Below the pieces are notes generated by a model, which saw only the letters and a list, made by a program, of their open reading frames with translations, was not told the DNA's origin and did not search any database. A program made the translations under genes and the position numbers. Positions 56,457-64,000 of a stretch of 64,000 nucleotides of DNA are shown in pieces. How positions within the stretch are numbered: the first letter of the stretch is position 1; each line of letters starts with the position of its first letter. This DNA comes from Candidatus Eiseniibacteriota bacterium (GTDB lineage Bacteria; Eisenbacteria; RBG-16-71-46), in NCBI GenBank assembly GCA_044223005.1, contig JBGAML010000018.1, forward strand, positions 41,512 through 105,511, given 5' to 3'.

Positions 56457-57035
56457 ATGGATCTCTCCGAAGGGTCCACGCCGCCCTGGGCGGTGGACCT
56501 CGCGCCCGCGACGGCCGAGGCCCGGCGCGAACTGGACGCGGTCTTCAGCGCCGCCTACGAGGAACTCCGGCGGCTGGCCGGCTCCGTGAAGCGGAACGAT
56601 CCGAGCGTGACGCTCAATCCCACGGCGCTCGTCAACGAGGCCTGGATCAAGCTGTCGGCGACCCCGGCGGTGGCGAACACCTCGCAGCTGCACTTCCGGC
56701 GGATCGCCGCGCGGGCGATGCGGCAGGTGCTCGTCGACGCCGCGCGGCGCCGCAAGGCGCACAAGCGCGGCGGTCCCGACGCGATCTTCGTCACGCTGGA
56801 CGAGTCCACCGACCGCCCCGCGGCGTGGGCCGAGGACCTGATCGGGCTCGACGCCGCGCTCGAGCAGCTCGCGCGCCTGCACCCGCGCCAGGCGGCCATG
56901 GTGGAGAGCCGCTTCTTCGGCGGACTCGACGTGCCCGAGACGGCCGCATTGCTCGGCGTTTCGGAGGCCACGGTACTGCGCGACTGGCGCGCCGCGCGGG
57001 CCTGGCTCGCCAAGGAACTCCGAGCCGCCGGCTGA
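56457..57035 (+). CDS. ECF sigma factor, kinase-associated (TIGR02999-like)
   Basis: YEELRRLA, TLNPTALVNEAW, AARAMRQVLVD.AR, KRGG, RFFGGL, TVLRDWRAARAWL. Confidence 0.92.
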   Translation: MDLSEGSTPPWAVDLAPATAEARRELDAVFSAAYEELRRLAGSVKRNDPSVTLNPTALVNEAWIKLSATPAVANTSQLHFRRIAARAMRQVLVDAARRRKAHKRGGPDAIFVTLDESTDRPAAWAEDLIGLDAALEQLARLHPRQAAMVESRFFGGLDVPETAALLGVSEATVLRDWRAARAWLAKELRAAG

Positions 57036-57070
57036 GCGGCTCCGTCCCGCTCGCACCCGGGAAATCCCGC

Positions 57071-59716
57071 ATGGACCCGCAACGCTGGGAAGCGATCCAG
57101 GACGTCTTCCACGAGCTCGCCGACCGGCCCGTGGACGAGCAGCGCGCGCGCCTCGACGCGCTCGCGGCGCAGGATCCGGAAATGGCCGCCGAGGTTCGCC
57201 AGCTGCTGGAGGCGGACGCCGACGCCGCGGGCGTACTCGATCGCCCACTCGCCGCCGTCGCGGGCGAGATGCTCGACGACGACGCCATGGGCGCGATCCC
57301 GCGCCGGCTCGGGCCCTACCGGCTCGGCCGGCTGCTCGGCGAAGGCGGCATGGGCGTCGTCTACCTCGGCGAACGCGAGGACGTGGGGCAGAAGGTGGCC
57401 ATCAAGATCCTGCGCGATGCCTGGCTCTCGCCGGCGCGGCGCGAACGGTTCGCCGCGGAACAGCGCGTGCTCGCGCGGCTCGACCATCCGGCGATCGCGC
57501 GGCTCCACGACGCCGACGTGCTCCCCGGCGGCACGCCGTGGTTCGCGATGGAGTACGTGGACGGCCTCTCGATCACGCGCTGGTGCGCGACCCGCGAGTG
57601 CCCGGTGCCGCGCGTGCTCGCGCTCTTCCGCGACGTCTGCGAGGCGGTGCTGCACGCCCACCAGCACGCGGTGATCCATCGGGACCTGAAACCGTCGAAC
57701 ATCCTCGTCACGGCCGAAGGACGCGTGAAGCTGCTCGACTTCGGCATCGCGCGCACGCTCGACGACACCGGCGCTCCCGCCGAGCGCACGCGCACCGAGA
57801 TGCGGCTCATGACCCCGGCGTACGCCGCGCCCGAGCAGGTGAGCGGGGGAGAGCTCGGCGTCTACACCGACGTCTACTCGCTGGGCGTGCTGCTCTACGA
57901 GCTGCTCGCGGGGCGGCCGCCGTTCGAGTTCGCCGACCGCACGCCGACCGAAATCGAGCGCATCGTGAGCACGCGCGAGCCGCAGCGGCCCTCGGCCGTG
58001 GCCCTGGCGCGGACCGGCGCGCCGCACCTGCGCGCCGACGAATGGGCCGATCTCGACGTGCTCTGCCTCACCGCGATGCAGAAGGAGCCCGCGCGCCGCT
58101 ACCGCAGCGTGGACGCGCTGATCCGCGACGTGGACCGCCTGCAGACCGGGGAACCGCTCGAGGCGCGCGCGCCCACGGTGGGGTATCGCGTCGGCAAGTT
58201 CGTGCGCCGGAACGCGCGCCCGGTCGCCGCCGTCGCGGCCGGGCTGCTCGTCGTGGTCGCGCTCGTCGCGTTCTACACGTTGCGGCTCGCCGCCGCGCGC
58301 AACACCGCCGTCGCGGAGACCGCCCGCACCCATCGCATCCAGGAGTTCATGAACAGCCTCTTCGAGGGCGGCGACGAAGACGCGGGACCCTCGGACACGC
58401 TGCGCGTCACCACGCTGCTCGCGCGCGGCGTGCGCGAAGCGCGTGCGCTGGACGCGGATCCGGCCGTGCAGGCGGAGCTGTTCCAGACGCTGGGCGGGAT
58501 CTACGAAGCGCTCGGGGACCTGCCGCGCGCGGACTCGCTGCAGTCGGCCGCGCTCGCGGTGCGACGCGGTCGATCGGGGGGCGCCTCCCCGGACGTCGCC
58601 CGCAGCCTCGTCGCGCTCGGCCTCGTGCGCATGATGCAGTCGGATCACGATGCCGCGGAGCGCCTCGTCCGCGAGGGGCTCGCCACGGCGAAGCGCGCGC
58701 GCCGCAGCGACCCGGCTTCGGTCGCGATCGCCACGCGCGCGCTGGGCACGGTGCTGGAGAACCGCGGGCGGTACGACGACGCGGTCGCCACGCTGACGGA
58801 GGCGGCCCGCCTCGGCGAGCGCGCCGGACTCGGGGACCGCGAGCGCTCGCAGACGCTCACCGAGCTCGCCAACAGCCACTACTACGCCGGCCGCTACGCC
58901 GCGAGCGAATCGCTGAACCTCGAGGTTCTCGCGCTCGACCGGCGCCTGCACGGGCCGCGGCACCCGCAGGTCGCGTGCGACCTCGTGAACCTGGCGGCGA
59001 TCGCGTTCCAGCTCGGGAGCTACGTCCGGGCGGAGTCCATCGGCCGCGAGGCGCTCGCGATCTACCGGGGCTGGTACGGCGACGAGCACTTCGAGACGGC
59101 GGCGACACTCACCACCGTGGGCCGCGCGCTCGTGAGCCAGGGCCGCGAGGCGGAAGCCGAGCCGCTCCTGCGCCAGGCGCTCGCGATCCGGGAACACGTC
59201 TACGGCCCGGACCACCCGAACGTCGCCGCGACGCTCAACGAGATCGCCCGCATCGAGGATACGCGCGGCCGCTACGACGGAGCCGAGGCGGACTACCGGC
59301 GGATGCTGCACATCTACCAGGTCGCCTACGGCGGCCGGCACTTCTCGGTCGCGATCGCGCTCGCGAACCTCGGCACGCTCGAAATGCACCGCGGCCGCTT
59401 CCCGCGCGCGGAGGCTCACCTGCGTGAGGCGCTCGCCGTACTGCGCGCGACGCTGGCCCCCGATCACCTCGAGGTCGGCATCACGCGCATCAAGCTCGGG
59501 CGAGCGCTGCTGCGCCAGGGCCGTTTCGGCGACGCCGAGCGCGAGTCGGGGGCGGGGCTCGCGATCGTGCGGAAGCAGGCGGATCCGTCCTCGCACTGGA
59601 TCGCCGACGCCGAAGGCGACCTGGCGGCGGCGCGCGCCCGGCGCGCGGGTCCGGAGCCCGCCCGGCCGCGCGTGCCCTCGGGAAGCTCCCGAACCGCCGC
59701 CACCGCCTCGCGTTGA
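57071..59716 (+). CDS. Hanks-type Ser/Thr protein kinase with TM helix and TPR repeats
   Basis: GEGGMGVV, VAIK, HRDLKPSN, DFG, YAAPE, DVYSLG, a hydrophobic helix, then HP.VA..L.NL TPR repeats. Confidence 0.94.
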   Translation: MDPQRWEAIQDVFHELADRPVDEQRARLDALAAQDPEMAAEVRQLLEADADAAGVLDRPLAAVAGEMLDDDAMGAIPRRLGPYRLGRLLGEGGMGVVYLGEREDVGQKVAIKILRDAWLSPARRERFAAEQRVLARLDHPAIARLHDADVLPGGTPWFAMEYVDGLSITRWCATRECPVPRVLALFRDVCEAVLHAHQHAVIHRDLKPSNILVTAEGRVKLLDFGIARTLDDTGAPAERTRTEMRLMTPAYAAPEQVSGGELGVYTDVYSLGVLLYELLAGRPPFEFADRTPTEIERIVSTREPQRPSAVALARTGAPHLRADEWADLDVLCLTAMQKEPARRYRSVDALIRDVDRLQTGEPLEARAPTVGYRVGKFVRRNARPVAAVAAGLLVVVALVAFYTLRLAAARNTAVAETARTHRIQEFMNSLFEGGDEDAGPSDTLRVTTLLARGVREARALDADPAVQAELFQTLGGIYEALGDLPRADSLQSAALAVRRGRSGGASPDVARSLVALGLVRMMQSDHDAAERLVREGLATAKRARRSDPASVAIATRALGTVLENRGRYDDAVATLTEAARLGERAGLGDRERSQTLTELANSHYYAGRYAASESLNLEVLALDRRLHGPRHPQVACDLVNLAAIAFQLGSYVRAESIGREALAIYRGWYGDEHFETAATLTTVGRALVSQGREAEAEPLLRQALAIREHVYGPDHPNVAATLNEIARIEDTRGRYDGAEADYRRMLHIYQVAYGGRHFSVAIALANLGTLEMHRGRFPRAEAHLREALAVLRATLAPDHLEVGITRIKLGRALLRQGRFGDAERESGAGLAIVRKQADPSSHWIADAEGDLAAARARRAGPEPARPRVPSGSSRTAATASR

Positions 59717-59857
59717 AGCGCCGCGCCGAGGCCGCGAATCCTCGACCGGCCCGGACGCGTCCAAAAGCCACGCTCCGGTCCGCCGGTGCGCTCCGCGCCG
59801 GGATCCTCCCGCGCGACAAGACCCCGGGGCGAGCGACTCGCCCTCCGGAGGAATCGC

Positions 59858-60880
59858 ATGTCGCCCCTCGCCCTGCTGTCCGGCGGCGCCGAGCCGCTGC
59901 CCGTGTCCGTCGAACCCGACGGCGCGCCCACCCCGAACGACTCGATGCTGCTCGACGCGTACTCCGAAGCGGTGATGTCCGCCGTCGACCGGGTCGCGCC
60001 GTCCGTGGTGCGACTCGAGATCGAGCATGCGCGAGGCCGCGGCAGCTCCGGCTCGGGATTCGTGTTCACGCCCGACGGCTTCGTGATGACTAACAGCCAC
60101 GTCGTGCATGGCGCGCGTACGATCCACGCGACGCTCGCCGACGGCCGGCGCGTGCCCGCGACGCTCGTGGGCGACGATCCGGACACCGACGTCGCCGTGG
60201 TGCGCATCGCCGCCGACGGCCTCGTGCCCGCGGCGCTCGGCGATTCGAAGGCGCTCCGCGTGGGCCAGGTCGCGATCGCGATCGGGAGTCCGTTCGGCTT
60301 CCACGCCACCGTCACCGCGGGCGTGGTGAGCGCGCTCGGCCGCTCGCTGCGCGCGCAGTCGGGACGGCTGATCGACGACGTGCTGCAGACCGACGCGGCC
60401 TTGAACCCGGGCAACTCGGGCGGTCCGCTCGTCAACTCGCGCGGTGAGGTGATCGGCGTCTGCACGGCGATGATCCTGCCGGCGCAGAACATCTGCTTCG
60501 CGATCGCGATCGACCTCGCGCGCTTCGTCGCGACGACGCTCATGCACGAGGGGCGCGTGACGCGCGGCTGGCTCGGGATCGCCGGGCAGAACGCGCGCCT
60601 GCGGCGGCCGCTGGTGCGCCGGTTCGATCTGGCGCACGAGTCGGGCGTGCTCGTGCTGTCGGTCGAGAAGGGGAGCCCGGCGGAGCGCGTGGGCCTGCGC
60701 GAGGGCGACGTGATCGTGGCGCTCGCGGGCGAGCCCGTGGCCGGCGTCGACGAACTGCACCGGCTGCTCACGGGCAACCGGATCGGCGTCCCGCTGCCGC
60801 TGGTGGTCCTGCGCAACCACGAGCGGCTCGACGTGGTGGTCGCGCCCGCACCCGCTCCGGGGCACGAGACGGATCGCTGA
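59858..60880 (+). CDS. HtrA/DegP-like S1C serine protease with PDZ domain
   Basis: GSGF, TNSHV, DTDVAV, TDAALNPGNSGG, GWLGI, GDVI; no evident signal peptide. Confidence 0.92.
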   Translation: MSPLALLSGGAEPLPVSVEPDGAPTPNDSMLLDAYSEAVMSAVDRVAPSVVRLEIEHARGRGSSGSGFVFTPDGFVMTNSHVVHGARTIHATLADGRRVPATLVGDDPDTDVAVVRIAADGLVPAALGDSKALRVGQVAIAIGSPFGFHATVTAGVVSALGRSLRAQSGRLIDDVLQTDAALNPGNSGGPLVNSRGEVIGVCTAMILPAQNICFAIAIDLARFVATTLMHEGRVTRGWLGIAGQNARLRRPLVRRFDLAHESGVLVLSVEKGSPAERVGLREGDVIVALAGEPVAGVDELHRLLTGNRIGVPLPLVVLRNHERLDVVVAPAPAPGHETDR

Positions 60881-60913
60881 GGCCCGGAGCGCCGGCGCTC
60901 CCCCGAGCACACG

Positions 60914-60947
60914 AATGGCGTCCATCGATTCGGTGATGGACGCCATT
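60914..60947. terminator. Hairpin downstream of the HtrA-like gene
   Basis: 13-bp inverted repeat AATGGCGTCCATC / GATGGACGCCATT. Confidence 0.55.
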
Positions 60948-61100
60948 TCCCGTTGCCGGCGGGCTGCCGCACCGCCGGGTCCAGCCGATCCATCTCTGGA
61001 AGACCCGCCGCCTCGTTGTTCGGAGGGTCCCTCGCCCGATCCCCTGCGGGCGTCTATTGCTTAGAACGCTCCAGCAGGGAAGAAAGTTGCAAAGGCGCTC

Positions 61101-61140
61101 AAAAGACTGCCGGCCCGGCGGGTTTCCCCACCGGGCCGGC
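61101..61140 (-). terminator. ftsH intrinsic terminator
   Basis: GCCGGCCCGG…CCGGGCCGGC stem followed on the minus strand by AGTCTTTT. Confidence 0.65.
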
Positions 61141-61157
61141 TGCGTTTCCGCCGCGTC

Positions 61158-63230
<2,073 letters not shown>

Positions 63231-63233
63231 GGA

Positions 63234-63785
63234 CTACGCCTCCTCGAGCACGCCCACGAAGGGCAGGTTGCGATAACGCTCACCGGCATCCATCCCATAT
63301 CCAATCACGAACTCGGAGCCGATCGTCCAGCCTTTGTAATCCACCGGCACGGGGATCTTCCGGCAGGGCGCCTTGTCCAGCAGCGTCGCCACTTTGATGC
63401 TCGCCGCGCCACGCGATTTCAGCAGATCGAGTATGAACGAAACACTCATGCCCGAATCCACGACACCTTCACAAAGCACCACGTGCCGTCCCCGGATGTC
63501 GCTGCGCAAGTCCATGATCAGCTGGACCTTGCCGCTGGAGGTCGTGCCCGAGCCGTAGGACGACACGGCGAGGAAGTCCAGCTCCAGGTCGACCGGAGTC
63601 GCCCGGGCGATGTCGCACTGGAACATGCAGGCGCCCTTCAAGACCGCCACGAAGAGCGGCCGCTTGCCGTCGTAGTCGCGGGCGAGCTCGAGCCCCATCT
63701 CGCGAACGCGCTCCTGGATCTGTTCGGCGCTGAAGAGGACCCGCATGGCGGAGTCGGACTGCACGGCAGGGTGGTGTTCGGTCAT
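63234..63785 (-). CDS. hpt: Hypoxanthine phosphoribosyltransferase
   Basis: [33 protein letters not shown]; upstream of ftsH. Confidence 0.92.
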   Translation of the reverse strand: MTEHHPAVQSDSAMRVLFSAEQIQERVREMGLELARDYDGKRPLFVAVLKGACMFQCDIARATPVDLELDFLAVSSYGSGTTSSGKVQLIMDLRSDIRGRHVVLCEGVVDSGMSVSFILDLLKSRGAASIKVATLLDKAPCRKIPVPVDYKGWTIGSEFVIGYGMDAGERYRNLPFVGVLEEA

Positions 63786-64000
63786 GACACTCCCGTCGGG
63801 GTGCGGCGGGCACCCGCGTCGCGATGGGGGATCGTTCGGGGTTCGGCCGCGGCGTCCCGGCGCCGCGTGGGCCGGCGGGGGCCCGTTCCGGCCACCCGCA
63901 GGATAGCATTGGCGGCACCGCGCGTGCCTGCCCCGGCGCCGATGCGCAGGTGGCCGCGTTCGACGCGTGCCGCGCGGCCGCCCGGCAGCGCGAGCACGCG
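63782..64000 (-). CDS. tilS: 3' end of a gene, probably tRNA(Ile)-lysidine synthetase (partial)
   Basis: Open frame from the window edge (…LALPGG…RVERGHL); stop overlaps hpt ATG. The call relies on conserved tilS-hpt-ftsH synteny. Confidence 0.5.
   Translation of the reverse strand, partial: RVLALPGGRAARVERGHLRIGAGAGTRGAANAILRVAGTGPRRPTRRRDAAAEPRTIPHRDAGARRTPTGVS

Noticed and set aside
56555..60946. 1463-aa minus-strand ORF
   Set aside because: It is the antisense shadow of the ECF, kinase and HtrA genes. It is Arg/Ala/Gly-rich with no motifs, and long stop-free antisense frames are expected at this GC and codon bias.
61040..61095. sigma54 promoter (GG-N10-GC at AGGGAAGAAAGTTGCA)
   Set aside because: It lacks the TGGCAC -24 consensus and there is no downstream plus-strand gene.

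Overview
A 64-kb, very GC-rich bacterial chromosomal window. The outer-membrane FadL and LpxR-family proteins, lipoproteins and three secreted proteins with a C-terminal PNP...G-x-Y Ig-like sorting tail point to a diderm heterotroph, possibly from an FCB-affiliated lineage such as Ca. Eisenbacteria (inference, not proven). About 53 genes are supported. They include a complete hisG-D-C-H-A-B-F-IE operon, the futalosine-pathway genes mqnA/mqnC/mqnD, many peptidases (M1, M2/ACE-like, M24, CPBP, rhomboid, HtrA, FtsH, a large secreted zincin), hflX, trxA and nnr. There is also an MrfA(DUF1998 helicase)-methyltransferase-MrfB repair cluster, a divergent fatty-acid uptake/beta-oxidation cluster, an ECF sigma-Ser/Thr kinase pair next to a 14-repeat secreted propeller protein, and tilS(partial)-hpt-ftsH. 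I found no tRNA, rRNA, CRISPR array or recognisable mobile element. The best observations missing from the ORF track are: (1) a 28-aa His-rich leader peptide with a full protector/antiterminator/terminator attenuator ahead of hisG; (2) a TACTGC-N8-GCAGTA operator-like palindrome over the -10 element of the repair-helicase promoter; (3) a double zinc-ribbon/Gly-rich/cold-shock-domain fusion; (4) an adjacent DUF885 and alpha/beta-hydrolase pair, both with altered catalytic motifs; (5) a tandem pair of paralogous exported proteins of unknown family; (6) a secreted TPR protein heading the beta-oxidation operon opposite fadL. All calls come from reading motifs by eye; no searches were run.
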